From positions 2,490,001 to 2,522,000 of the forward strand of contig NC_010655.1 of NCBI RefSeq assembly GCF_000020225.1: a stretch of DNA of 32,000 bases, in the 5' to 3' direction. The stretch is from Akkermansia muciniphila ATCC BAA-835 (GTDB lineage: Bacteria > Verrucomicrobiota > Verrucomicrobiia > Verrucomicrobiales > Akkermansiaceae). The notes under the pieces are model-generated. The model saw nothing but the letters and a program-made list of their open reading frames with translations. It was not told the DNA's origin and did not search any database. The first letter of the stretch is position 1. Every line of letters starts with the position of its first letter. This document shows positions 1 to 9,429 of the stretch, one piece after another. A program made the translations under genes and the position numbers.

Positions 1-2
1 CA

Positions 3-545
3 GGAACGACGGCCTACGGCTTTGACAAATACGCCGGAAACATCAGCGGAGGAACCAACGTAAGCGGAGACAGGAGCCTGGTGCTGGACCATGTAACCGT
101 GGACAGCCTCCTGGCTTCCCTGAGTGACTTCACCCATATCTCCGCCGTCAACCAGACCCGCACCTCGCTGGATTCCCTGGGCGAGGCGCTCACCGTAACC
201 ATTGAGGCGGGAAGCAGCCTTATCCTGAACGGAACCTCTGACCTGACCACGCTTATTCTGGGGGAACACGCCTCCCTGACGCTTCAGGGGCTCACCGCAG
301 ATGCGGTCATCGTGGACATTACGGGAACAACCAATTACACACTCTCCCTGACAGAGATACCTGCCAGCCTGGACAATATCAAATTCCTGAACGACGGCGT
401 TCTGTACGACGCGGCCATGTCCATGGATCTTCAGGCCAATTCCGCCATGCTTTTCGCCCAGGTGCCGGAACCCGGAAGCGCCGCCCTGGCCCTGGCAGGA
501 CTGGCCCCCCTCCTGTGGAGGAGGCGCAGAAAAATGTCCCATTGA
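3..545 (+). CDS. PEP-CTERM-anchored secreted protein, C-terminal part (5' end lies off-window)
   Basis: The reading frame is open from base 3 with no stop before the listed GTG at 81. It ends in VPEPGSAALALAGLAPLLWRRRRK, a classic PEP motif followed by a hydrophobic helix and an Arg-rich tail. The upstream part is Thr/Ser/Leu-rich and looks like beta-strand repeats. Confidence 0.75.
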   Translation, partial: GTTAYGFDKYAGNISGGTNVSGDRSLVLDHVTVDSLLASLSDFTHISAVNQTRTSLDSLGEALTVTIEAGSSLILNGTSDLTTLILGEHASLTLQGLTADAVIVDITGTTNYTLSLTEIPASLDNIKFLNDGVLYDAAMSMDLQANSAMLFAQVPEPGSAALALAGLAPLLWRRRRKMSH

Positions 546-690
546 GGCCCTTCGTTTTCTTCAGGCCCTGATGGACAAAAGAAGCCCCCGCCGGCGCAAC
601 GCCGGCGGGGGCTTCCCATGCGGAAAAACGGCGGAGAAGAAAAGGAAAAGCATCCACCCCTCCCCGGGCGTTTTTCATGGAACGGGGGGA

Positions 691-1311
691 TCAGGCCCCT
701 CTGTTTTTAAACAGTTCCAGTGCAAGCTGGGACCAGGTCTCCAGTTTCTCAAACATTTCCCCGGACAATTCCTCCGGAGAAACAAAACGGAGATTGGCCA
801 GAGCCGCTTCATTCGCGCGCACACGATCCGTATCCAGCTCAAACAGGTGGACAATGCCCAGATGCACGGCCCCCACGTCATTGGTATCGTCATTAATCAC
901 GCCGAGAACCCGCTGGGTGCAGTTCCCGTCAATAACCAGTTCCTCGCGGATTTCGCGCTCCACTCCGGCCAGATAGGTGGAAACGTCGTCATGGCCGGAT
1001 TGGCGGTCCACCGGATTGATATGGCCTCCGATGCCAATGGAGCCCTTGTCATGCAGGCGGGCCTCGCCGCCGGAGCCTCCGCGCGTGTAATGCAGAATGC
1101 GGCCCTGGTGGCAGAAAATGGCATAGGCGATGATCTGTTTGTGGGAAGGATCATTTTCCGCAGCCTCCCGGTCCATGAACGAGGCGACGCCCGGCTTCAT
1201 GAACGCATTCAGATAATGATCCCCGCCTTCCCGGTGTCCCTGGAAATAACCCGCTTCCTCAAAGGCGGCGCGGGGAACCACCAGAACCTGTTCTCCATGG
1301 TAACGTGACAT
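691..1311 (-). CDS. NUDIX/MutT-like phosphoesterase (COG4112-like)
   Basis: 206-aa ORF with a Nudix-box-like GIGGHINP...VEREIREEL segment. The long + strand ORF 571..1308 opposite it has no recognisable motifs. Confidence 0.65.
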   Translation of the reverse strand: MSRYHGEQVLVVPRAAFEEAGYFQGHREGGDHYLNAFMKPGVASFMDREAAENDPSHKQIIAYAIFCHQGRILHYTRGGSGGEARLHDKGSIGIGGHINPVDRQSGHDDVSTYLAGVEREIREELVIDGNCTQRVLGVINDDTNDVGAVHLGIVHLFELDTDRVRANEAALANLRFVSPEELSGEMFEKLETWSQLALELFKNRGA

Positions 1312-1410
1312 GGAAACACCCTACCCGTTTTCATCCCGCGCTCAACAAAAAAGGCGCTGAAACGGCAAATTTGCCCCTTCCTTCAGGAAGGCGCGGGCTG
1401 CCCCTCCGCA

Positions 1411-1950
1411 TCAGGAGACATCCTTCACTTCCACGCCATGATTCCGGAACCTGCGCATGATGCTTTCCAGCTGTTCCACATCCATGAGATGGAGCGGCAG
1501 CCACAGCACCAGCTTCTTGCCGAACAGGAACAGCAGCGCGTGGCGCGTCCTGCACAACGTGGAAAAACGGTCGTAGGGAATATTCATGGGGGCAACGCCC
1601 TTGCTGGAGAACGTCAGGTAATCCTCATGAAAAACGTAATCCTTTTCCTGATGGTACATGGGCACCTTTTTATTGGCGGCCAGAGCGGCCTTTGCCAGAA
1701 AGGGGACGTAAAACCAGGACAGGATAATCGCCATCAGCGCCCCGGCCAGGGACAGCCAGGCGAATAAGGGCAGTGGGCGCAGGGAAAAGGAATACAGCGA
1801 CATCAATACAAAAAAGGCCGTAATGGCCAGGTCCAGCGGCTTTTTCCACCTGGGGCGCACCGCATGGTACCATGCCACCAGCACCTGGGTTGCCAGGCGG
1901 TCGGAAGGTACGGGCTTGACGAGTTTGATGACTTCTGAATCCTGCATCAT
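1411..1950 (-). CDS. membrane protein with YcxB-like C-terminal domain
   Basis: 179 aa with two central hydrophobic helices (AITAFFVLMSLYSF, LSLAGALMAIILSWFYVPF). The C-terminal pattern DYLTFSSKG...LLFLFGKKLVLWLP resembles YcxB-family proteins. Confidence 0.55.
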   Translation of the reverse strand: MMQDSEVIKLVKPVPSDRLATQVLVAWYHAVRPRWKKPLDLAITAFFVLMSLYSFSLRPLPLFAWLSLAGALMAIILSWFYVPFLAKAALAANKKVPMYHQEKDYVFHEDYLTFSSKGVAPMNIPYDRFSTLCRTRHALLFLFGKKLVLWLPLHLMDVEQLESIMRRFRNHGVEVKDVS

Positions 1951-2140
1951 GGCGGCAGGGTATCTTCATTCCCGCTGAAGAAAAAGCCTAAAAGCAGGCT
2001 CTTCCGCCGCCATTGTGTCAAAAAAGCCCCTCCGGAAAGGTCTCTTCCCCCCTTTTTCCCGCCTCCCATTCACGGGGGAAAGCCTCCTTCCCCCGTATGC
2101 AGGCCAGAATTTCCTTGATAATCATGCCTCCCTTCATAGA

Positions 2141-2614
2141 ATGAAAAACCAAAAGCCTTCAGAAGACCCGGTGGCAGACAATCTTCAAATTCACGTACGC
2201 ACGTTCCAGCCCTCAACCACTCAGGCACAGGCTCTGGAAACCCTGACGGATTCCATGGCGGAAGTCCTTGACGACCGACAGCTAAGACACATCAAGAATG
2301 CGGTTCTTCTGCGTGAGGAAACGCAGACCACCTATCTGGATCACGGCCTGGCCGTCCCCCACGGACGCACCAGCGCGCTGGATTCCATGCAGGTCACCGT
2401 AGGCATCAGCCCAGAGGGCGTCCTCTGGCCGGACGATTCCCGCAACGCTCATCTCATTGTGATGCTGGGCGTGCCCGCCGCCATGGTGACCGGCTACCTG
2501 ACCACCATGCAGAAATTGCTGCGGTGGCATAAAAACGCCCCCCTGGGCCCCAATGGGGAATGGACGGGAGATGAAGCCAGTCTCCTGGCGTCCCTTCAAC
2601 AAGCCCTGCAATGA
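2141..2614 (+). CDS. PTS EIIA type-2 (PtsN/EIIA-Ntr-like) domain protein
   Basis: The motif LDHGLAVPHGRT retains the phosphorylatable His context of EIIA-2/PtsN (AIPHG). The track ORF opens at 2015, but ATG 2141 (MKNQKPSE) gives the usual domain size. The stop overlaps the next start as ATGA at 2611-2614. Confidence 0.7.
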   Translation: MKNQKPSEDPVADNLQIHVRTFQPSTTQAQALETLTDSMAEVLDDRQLRHIKNAVLLREETQTTYLDHGLAVPHGRTSALDSMQVTVGISPEGVLWPDDSRNAHLIVMLGVPAAMVTGYLTTMQKLLRWHKNAPLGPNGEWTGDEASLLASLQQALQ

Positions 2615-4401
2615 CGGACAAGAAAAACCAGCCTGCGGAAAAGACGCGCCTTTCCTGGTCATGGCTGCGCATGGCGTTGAGCCTGCGTGAAAAAATCAAG
2701 CTGGGGGACAAGCAGGTCATCTTCATCTGGGCGGTCGTCGTCGGAGCGCTGGGTGCCCTGATGGCCCTTGTCTTTGAAATGGGCGTGGAACTGGTGCAGG
2801 ACGTCCTGACGGGGCGGACCAGCTACAGGCAAATTCAGGTCTTTCAGGAAATGGCCAACCAGGACCCGGCCTGGTGCATCTTCGTTCCGGCGGCGGGCGG
2901 CCTTTTGGCGGGGCTTACGCTTCTCTTCACCCACCGCTTTGTGCCGGCCAAGGCGACGGAATACATGGAAGCCGTGGCGCTGGGCAATGGATACGTGCCT
3001 CCCAAGCCCAGCCTTCTGCGTTCCCTGTCCGCCGTTTTCTCCGTAGGTTCCGGCGCATCCATCGGCCGTGAAGGCCCGCTGGTGCAGGCCGCCGCCGTAG
3101 CGGGCTCCGCCCTGGGGCGTTTCTTCCACCTCTCAGCTCCTCGTCTGCGCCTGGTAGTGGCCTGCGCCGCCGCCTCCGGCATGTCCTCCGCCTTCCATAC
3201 GCCCCTGGCGGGCGGTCTGTTCGTAAGTGAAATCGTTCTGGGCGCGCTGACTATTGATTTCCTGGCTCCCCTGCTGGTTGCCAGCTGCGCGGGGTACTTT
3301 ACTATGGGCCTGTTCCATGAACCCGCCCCCATCTACCAGCTCCAGCAGGAAGTTTCTCTGGCGGGCAATCAGCATGTGCTCTGGTGCGTGCTGCTGGGAG
3401 CCCTGGCCTCCCTGGTCGCCAGTTTCTGGCTCCTCATCCTCAAAAAATCGCGCCGGTACCTGAACGGCAAGCGCCAATGGCTGCCCGTGCGCCTGACGGC
3501 GGCAGGCGTGCTGGTGGGAGCCATCGCCATCTTTTACCCGGAAATCGTAGGGAACGGCAAAAATATCATCACCTCCCTCATTCATTATGAATTCGACGCC
3601 GCGAGAGCCGCCGTCCTGCTGTTCCTGAAAATATTCACCGTCGCCATCGTCTTCGGCGTGGGAACCGTGGGGGGCGCCCTGACCCCCAGTCTGACTATCG
3701 GGAGCGTCTGCGGCTTCCTGTTCAGCGCGGCTCTTACCCAGCTGGGGGTGCCCGGGGACCATGCCATCGCCTATTCCCTGGTGGGCATGGCCGCCTTTTT
3801 CACTACAGCTGCGAACGCCCCGATCACCTCCCTGGTGCTGGTGGTGGAATTCACCATGGCCGGGCAAATGATGTTCCCCCTGATCATCGGCGTGCTGGTT
3901 TCCTATGGAATGGCCAGGCTCACCAAAGCCCAGTCCATGTACCATGATTCCCTGGCCTTCGGCCCCAGAAGCACCTTTGACAAACCCCTGGCCCAGGTAC
4001 AGCTTCAGGATGTAGCGCGCAAGGATCCGCCCGTGGTGCATCCCCTGGACAAATTCGGCACCATTGCCGCCATGCTCATTAAAAACCCGGCCCAGCCCAT
4101 CTTCGTCACTTCCCCGGCCGGCAAATACCTGGGAAGCGTGGTGGCGGAAGACGTGGCGGCCTTTGCCCGCAACAAGGAGCTGGCCCAGGCCGTACTGGCC
4201 ATGGATGTACTGCGCAGCGACATGCCTACGCTTCCCGCGGACATGCACCTCCCGGAAGCCCTGGGTATTTTCTCCCGCCCCCACTGCGCGGAATCCCTGG
4301 CCCTTGTGAACCCGAACAACAATCTGCTGCTGGGCGTAGTCAACAAGACGGACCTCTACCTAGTGCTCTCTGAAATCATGCGCAGGGAAAAACTGCAATA
4401 A
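2611..4401 (+). CDS. ClC-family chloride channel / H+-Cl- antiporter with C-terminal CBS pair
   Basis: 596 aa with many TM helices and the ClC selectivity motifs GSGASIGREGP and GGALTPS. The soluble C-terminal ~150 aa looks like a CBS pair (VHPLDKFGT...IFVTSPAGKYLGSV, LALVNPNNNLLLGVVNKTDL). Confidence 0.9.
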   Translation: MTDKKNQPAEKTRLSWSWLRMALSLREKIKLGDKQVIFIWAVVVGALGALMALVFEMGVELVQDVLTGRTSYRQIQVFQEMANQDPAWCIFVPAAGGLLAGLTLLFTHRFVPAKATEYMEAVALGNGYVPPKPSLLRSLSAVFSVGSGASIGREGPLVQAAAVAGSALGRFFHLSAPRLRLVVACAAASGMSSAFHTPLAGGLFVSEIVLGALTIDFLAPLLVASCAGYFTMGLFHEPAPIYQLQQEVSLAGNQHVLWCVLLGALASLVASFWLLILKKSRRYLNGKRQWLPVRLTAAGVLVGAIAIFYPEIVGNGKNIITSLIHYEFDAARAAVLLFLKIFTVAIVFGVGTVGGALTPSLTIGSVCGFLFSAALTQLGVPGDHAIAYSLVGMAAFFTTAANAPITSLVLVVEFTMAGQMMFPLIIGVLVSYGMARLTKAQSMYHDSLAFGPRSTFDKPLAQVQLQDVARKDPPVVHPLDKFGTIAAMLIKNPAQPIFVTSPAGKYLGSVVAEDVAAFARNKELAQAVLAMDVLRSDMPTLPADMHLPEALGIFSRPHCAESLALVNPNNNLLLGVVNKTDLYLVLSEIMRREKLQ

Positions 4402-4849
4402 AATCTGCCTTGCCGTGCTGTATCCGTTGAAATACCGGAAAAAACGCCGCTCCCTTCCGCGGTTTGCGGGAAATGCCCGTTCAAGGCCGAACACCCTTCC
4501 CGTCCAAAAGGCAATTTCCCCATTCTTCGTGTCTGCAGCGTCCAGCCTTCCTTTCACGCCCTAATCCGGGCATGACCTCCGGGGAACGACGCATCCGGGG
4601 CTCCGTTCATGAGAAAACACGGGGCAAAGGCATGCATTCCCCGGCAAATTGCCCTGCCGCCGTCCCGGAACGTGAATCCGGCTTCTTCCGCAATCCTCTG
4701 CCCGGAAGTCCTCCGGAAAAATTTGCTCCTTCCAGGAAACGCGGACAAGCCTGGAAATGCATTTTTTTCACCCTCTTTTTTCACAATAGGGGTCAGGTTA
4801 AAAATAACAACAGACTTGCATTTCAGACCTTTTCCGGTACGCTTCCGGC

Positions 4850-5860
4850 ATGAGCCGCACCCTGAGAATAGAATACCCCGGAGCAGTCTATCACGTGCAG
4901 AGCGAGGGCAACCGCGGAGATGCCATTTACCTGGATGACGAAGACAGGGAAACCTTTTTGCGAACGTTTCAGGAGGCAGCCCGCAGAAGCGGCTGGACTG
5001 TGTACGCCTACGCCCTGATGGCCAATCACTACCACATTCTTTTCCAAACCGCGCGCGCCAACCTGGTGGATGGCATGAAATGGCTCCAGACTGCCTATAC
5101 CCAGCGTTTTAACGCACGCCACCGAATGCGGGGTCATCTGTTTGCGGGCAGATACCACTCCATGGTGGTGGAAGCGGATAACGCCCACTATTTTTCAACC
5201 ATCATTGACTACATCCACCTGAATCCGGCCCGGTCCGGCTTGGCGCGACGCCACACGTTCCTTTCCGGCTGCAAATGGACGAGCCTGCCCGCGTGGCTGG
5301 CCTCTCCCGCCAAAAGGCCCAAATGGATTCATCCGGAACGCGGCCTCGTCTGCTTCGGCTGCGACGACACGGAAGACGGCCGCCAAAAATACCTCAACCA
5401 TCTGATGGGCCGTTTTGAAGCGGAACGCATGGATGAACGCTCCCTGCTGCCCGCCGGCCACGTTGGCCCCGGCACCGTCCAGCGGGGCTGGTGCTATGGC
5501 TCCAGCGCCTTCCGTGCCAGGCTGGTGGGGGAACTTCCCCGTCTGGCGCGCAGAAAGCCCGTCACGACGGGCATGCGAGCGTCGGAAATTGGGGAGTACC
5601 AGGCGGAAATTATTGTAAAAAACGGTCTGAAGGCCTTCGGCCTCTCGGAGGAGGAGCTGCTTGTCACGCCTTACAGCCACCCGTCCAAGCTCATCATCGC
5701 CCTGGCCGTCCGGCAAAGCACGCTGGTACCGTATGCCTGGATCAGCAACCGGCTGCACATGGGCATTCCCAAATCCATGGGAACCTTGCTCCACCGGGCA
5801 AAAAAAATGGCGGAAACGGATTTGAAAACGAGGGCGTGGATCGAGCGCCTGAGCTCCTGA
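4850..5860 (+). CDS. IS200-like Y1 (HUH) transposase-domain protein fused to a DnaA-C-like HTH (RAYT-like, probably domesticated)
   Basis: The N-terminus RIEYPGAVYHVQSEGNRGDAIY...YAYALMANHYHILFQT (HUH = HYH)...GHLFAGRYHS (catalytic Tyr context)...YIHLNPARSGL is typical of COG1943/REP-associated Y1 transposases. The C-terminus SHPSKLIIALAVRQSTLVPYAWISNRLHMGIPKSMGTLLHRAKK resembles DnaA domain IV. Confidence 0.7.
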   Translation: MSRTLRIEYPGAVYHVQSEGNRGDAIYLDDEDRETFLRTFQEAARRSGWTVYAYALMANHYHILFQTARANLVDGMKWLQTAYTQRFNARHRMRGHLFAGRYHSMVVEADNAHYFSTIIDYIHLNPARSGLARRHTFLSGCKWTSLPAWLASPAKRPKWIHPERGLVCFGCDDTEDGRQKYLNHLMGRFEAERMDERSLLPAGHVGPGTVQRGWCYGSSAFRARLVGELPRLARRKPVTTGMRASEIGEYQAEIIVKNGLKAFGLSEEELLVTPYSHPSKLIIALAVRQSTLVPYAWISNRLHMGIPKSMGTLLHRAKKMAETDLKTRAWIERLSS

Positions 5861-5959
5861 CCTCCGTTCCTCCCACGGAATAATTTGGAAAAACTTTCCT
5901 CCCGACACAAGGATGCGCCGGGCATGAAACCGTCCTCCCGCGGCAGGAAGCACTCAAGG

Positions 5960-6049
5960 TTAGCCCCTTCTCCGGCGCATCATCATGCAGGCCAGCCCAA
6001 GTAATCCCACGGATGCCGCAGCCGGTTCCGGAACTACTGAAAAAGCCAT
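5960..6049 (-). pseudogene. orphan PEP-CTERM sorting-signal stub (29 codons)
   Basis: The minus-strand frame reads MAFSVVPEPAAASVGLLGLACMMMRRRRG*. This is a complete PEP motif, TM helix and Arg cluster, but an in-frame TGA sits only 12 codons upstream of the ATG, so there is no passenger domain. Confidence 0.4.
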
Positions 6050-6478
6050 GGAGGCAATTCCGGCCTTCTGCCACCAATGCGGAAATCAAGATGGCTCCCA
6101 CCCACCTGACCAGGTCAGCTTGTTGTTTGTAACATTCCATCTCTGCCGCCTTGGCTGTTCCTGATAATTTTTTCCTTTGTCACCCATTCTTCATGGACAC
6201 CGGATTCAAAATCCGCCTTACGGAAACAGGAACCCGAATAACCGCATACAAACTCCATGTCCCGGCATCCGGAATACGCAGTTCTGGCAAGCATCAATCA
6301 GCAAGAATAGGGTCAGTTTACAAATCACAACATATAAACATATTTTCTATTTTCTTACTGACCCCTGAAGTCCGCCAGGGAAAAAAATGATTGCCAGTCC
6401 GCTTCGCGGAATGATAAACGGAAGGCGCGTGCGAAAAACTGCGCGTAAAGCGTCAACCCAAATACAACAACAGAAAAG

Positions 6479-7834
6479 ATGGCACAGACATATTCCCAGC
6501 GCGTGCTCGACTTGGTTAAGGCCAAGCATAGCCACGAAAAAGAATTCATCCAGGCCGTTCAGGAAGTGCTCAGCACGATCGAACCGGTTTTGGCCGCGAA
6601 TTCCAAGTATGAAGACCACGCGATTCTGGAACGGATCGTGGAACCGGAAAGAACCATCCTGTTCCGCGTGCCGTGGATCGATGACCAGGGCAAGGTTCAG
6701 GTGAACCGCGGATACCGTGTGGAATTCAACAGCGCCATCGGACCATACAAGGGCGGCCTCCGCTTCCATCCCAGCGTCAACCTCGGCATCCTGAAGTTTC
6801 TGGGTTTTGAACAGGTTTTCAAAAACTCCCTCACCACCCTCCCCATGGGCGGCGGCAAGGGCGGTTCCGACTTCGACCCCAAGGGCAAGAGCGATAATGA
6901 AGTGATGCGCTTCTGCCAGAGTTTCATGACGGAGCTTCAGCGCCACATCGGCGCGGATACGGACGTTCCCGCGGGGGACATCGGCGTGGGCGGCCGTGAA
7001 ATCGGCTACCTGTTCGGACAATACAAGAGAATCCGCAACGAATTCACCGGCGTTCTCACCGGCAAGAGCCTGAACTGGGGCGGCTCCCTCATCCGCCCGG
7101 AAGCCACCGGCTACGGTTGCGTATACTTCGCCCAGAACATGCTCGCCACCCGCAACGACGACTTGCAGGGCAAAGTCTGCCTGGTGTCCGGTTCCGGCAA
7201 TGTGGCCCAGTACACCGTGGAAAAACTTAACGAACTGGGCGCGAAAGCGGTCACGATGTCCGACTCCAACGGCTATATTTACGATCCGGACGGCATTTCC
7301 CCGGAAAAGCTGGCCTGGGTCATGGAACTCAAGAACAAGCGCCGCGGACGCATTGCGGAATACGTGAAGCAATTCCCGAAAGCCCAGTACTTTGAAGGCC
7401 AGCGTCCCTGGAGCGTTCCGTGCGACTGCGCCTTCCCCTCCGCCACGCAGAATGAAATCAACGGGGAAGACGCCCGCACCCTCATCAAGAACGGCTGCAC
7501 CCTGGTAGCGGAAGGCGCCAACATGCCTACGGATCTGGAAGGCATTGAAACCTACCTGGCCGCCAAAATCCTGTACGGCCCGGCCAAGGCCGCCAATGCC
7601 GGCGGTGTGGCCACCTCCGGCCTGGAAATGTCCCAGAACAGCCAGCGCCTCTCCTGGACGCGTGAAGAAGTGGACCACAAGCTGAAGACCATCATGGCCA
7701 ACATCCACGCAAACGCCGTGGCCCACGCCCGTGAATACTCCTCCGACAAATCCTTCACCAACTACGTCACCGGCGCCAACATCGCCGGCTTCGTGAAAGT
7801 GGCGGATTCCATGATCGACCAGGGGGTAGTCTGA
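6479..7834 (+). CDS. gdhA: NADP-specific glutamate dehydrogenase
   Basis: 451 aa with the hallmark KGGLRFHPSVNLGILKFLGFEQVFKNSLTTLPMGGGKGGSDFDPKGKS and the dinucleotide fold VSGSGNVAQY. A strong terminator follows. Confidence 0.95.
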   Translation: MAQTYSQRVLDLVKAKHSHEKEFIQAVQEVLSTIEPVLAANSKYEDHAILERIVEPERTILFRVPWIDDQGKVQVNRGYRVEFNSAIGPYKGGLRFHPSVNLGILKFLGFEQVFKNSLTTLPMGGGKGGSDFDPKGKSDNEVMRFCQSFMTELQRHIGADTDVPAGDIGVGGREIGYLFGQYKRIRNEFTGVLTGKSLNWGGSLIRPEATGYGCVYFAQNMLATRNDDLQGKVCLVSGSGNVAQYTVEKLNELGAKAVTMSDSNGYIYDPDGISPEKLAWVMELKNKRRGRIAEYVKQFPKAQYFEGQRPWSVPCDCAFPSATQNEINGEDARTLIKNGCTLVAEGANMPTDLEGIETYLAAKILYGPAKAANAGGVATSGLEMSQNSQRLSWTREEVDHKLKTIMANIHANAVAHAREYSSDKSFTNYVTGANIAGFVKVADSMIDQGVV

Positions 7835-7872
7835 CCCCGGCCGACATACTTGCTGCCAATGTAAAACACACC

Positions 7873-7907
7873 AGAAGCGCCGGGTTCGCCCGGCGCTTCT
7901 CTTTTCT
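7873..7907 (+). terminator. rho-independent terminator of gdhA
   Basis: Perfect 12-bp stem AGAAGCGCCGGG / CCCGGCGCTTCT with a TTCG loop, followed by CTTTTCT, 39 nt after the gdhA stop. Confidence 0.75.
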
Positions 7908-8200
7908 GCGGAAACGTCTCCACTCCGGAAGTTCCTTTTTCCTGTATGAGCCAGACATGACGGCGGAAGGACTTCAAAAGCCTCCCGGCAACCCTCAGGA
8001 CTTTTTCCCGGCTGCAGGGACTTTGTCTGCTGCACCACGGCAGTCTCCGGGTATGCACCCTCCGAGTTGGACTGGGCGGTCAAAAACGAGCCAGATGACC
8101 TGTCTCCGGAATTTGAAGGGCCATTCTCTTCCCCTTCTTCATGTTCCTGCATCAAGAACCGGAAAAACGCTTCCCCGGCTCCGATTTTTAAAAGGCACTG

Positions 8201-9319
8201 TTATTCATTTAACAGGCGGCAGACGGCCTGAGCCGCATGTTCCGCCGCCCCTCCCTGCCCCAACTTGTCGGAGGCCTGTTTCATTTCCTCCAGCAGGACA
8301 TCCCTGTTTTCCGGAACAAGCAGGCGTTCTATTTCATCAATCACCTTGTCCGGTGTAAAATCAAACTGAACCAGCTCCTTCACCACGGGTTTCTGCGCCA
8401 GGATATTCACCATGCCGATGAAGCGTATTTTGATGAGCATGCGGGCCATCCAGTACGTCAGCAGGGGAACCTTGTACACCAGCATGTACGGCAGACGGTG
8501 CAAGGCGGCTTCCATCGTGGCGGTGCCGGAAGCCACAATTCCCACGGCGGCGCGGTCCATCAGCTCATGATATTTTCCCACCGCAATGTGGAACAGTTCC
8601 GGAGGCATGCCGGCCTTCCGCACCATGCCGCGCATTCTTTCCGCCAGAGCCTCCGTGGAAGCGGCGGTTTCAAAAGACAGTTCCGGACGTTCCCGGGAAA
8701 GGCGGTTCACTACCTCTATAAATACCGGGAAATGCCTGTCAATTTCACGGTTCCGGCTGCCGGGAAAAAGACCGACCAGTGACGGATCCCGGACGCCCTC
8801 CTTACGGATGGAAGCAATTTCATCTACCAGGGGATGCCCCACAAACTCCGTTCTCAGTCCGGCTTCCTGGAACAAGGGAGCCTCAAAAGGGAAGATGCAC
8901 ATCATCAAATCCAGCATGCGCACCATCTTGGGAATGCGCCCGCGATGCCATGCCCACACCTGCGGGGAGATAAAATAAACGATTCTGGTGCGGGGGCAGC
9001 ACTTGCGGACCCTCTCCGCCAGCCGCAGATTAAACCCCGGATAATCAATCAAAACAAGGCAATCCGGCTGGTCCTGCCGTATCCTTTCCAGAATGGAGAG
9101 AAAACGCCTTCTGAACCATCCGTATTTTTTGAGCACCTCCACCACGCCGATAACGGCGGCTTCATCCGCCCAGTCTTCCACGCCGGGACATAACGCGTGC
9201 ATGCCCTGGCCGCCCAACCCTGCGACCTCCATGCCGGGCATCAGGCGCAGCAGATTCTTCAACAGCAGGGCGCCATGAATGTCCCCGCTCTTTTCGCCTG
9301 CTATAATATAAAGCTTCAT
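8201..9319 (-). CDS. lpxB: lipid-A-disaccharide synthase
   Basis: N-terminal MKLYIIAGEKSGDIHGA matches the LpxB AGExSGD motif, and the ~370-aa GT19 length fits. The ORF also has an upstream ATG at 9331 (MQIVMKLY), so the start is uncertain by 4 codons. Confidence 0.88.
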   Translation of the reverse strand: MKLYIIAGEKSGDIHGALLLKNLLRLMPGMEVAGLGGQGMHALCPGVEDWADEAAVIGVVEVLKKYGWFRRRFLSILERIRQDQPDCLVLIDYPGFNLRLAERVRKCCPRTRIVYFISPQVWAWHRGRIPKMVRMLDLMMCIFPFEAPLFQEAGLRTEFVGHPLVDEIASIRKEGVRDPSLVGLFPGSRNREIDRHFPVFIEVVNRLSRERPELSFETAASTEALAERMRGMVRKAGMPPELFHIAVGKYHELMDRAAVGIVASGTATMEAALHRLPYMLVYKVPLLTYWMARMLIKIRFIGMVNILAQKPVVKELVQFDFTPDKVIDEIERLLVPENRDVLLEEMKQASDKLGQGGAAEHAAQAVCRLLNE

Positions 9320-9429
9320 CACTATCTGCATCGGCGCACGCCGGACGCCTCCCTACCTTACCAGCCCCGTTCCCGGGACGCAATAAAAGACTTTCCTTTC
9401 AAGGATTTTAATGCAAGATACGCGCCGTT

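Noticed and set aside
4850-5860. Calling the Y1 transposase gene an active IS200/IS605 mobile element
   Set aside because: There are no conserved subterminal hairpins, inverted repeats, target-site signature, tnpB partner or second copy in the window. I therefore annotated it as a CDS only.
5742-6140. 132-aa minus-strand ORF (MECYKQQADL...)
   Set aside because: It has no motifs and overlaps the 3' end of the Y1-transposase-like gene. The only recognisable signal in this stretch, the PEP-CTERM stub, is in a different frame.
6347-8155. 602-aa ORF antisense to gdhA, extending past the gdhA terminator
   Set aside because: The translation is low-complexity (Gly/Ala/Val/His-rich) with no motifs and lies exactly opposite a confidently identified gene. 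This is a typical stop-poor antisense frame in GC-rich coding DNA. Its N-terminal part (7908-8155) would read through a strong terminator hairpin.
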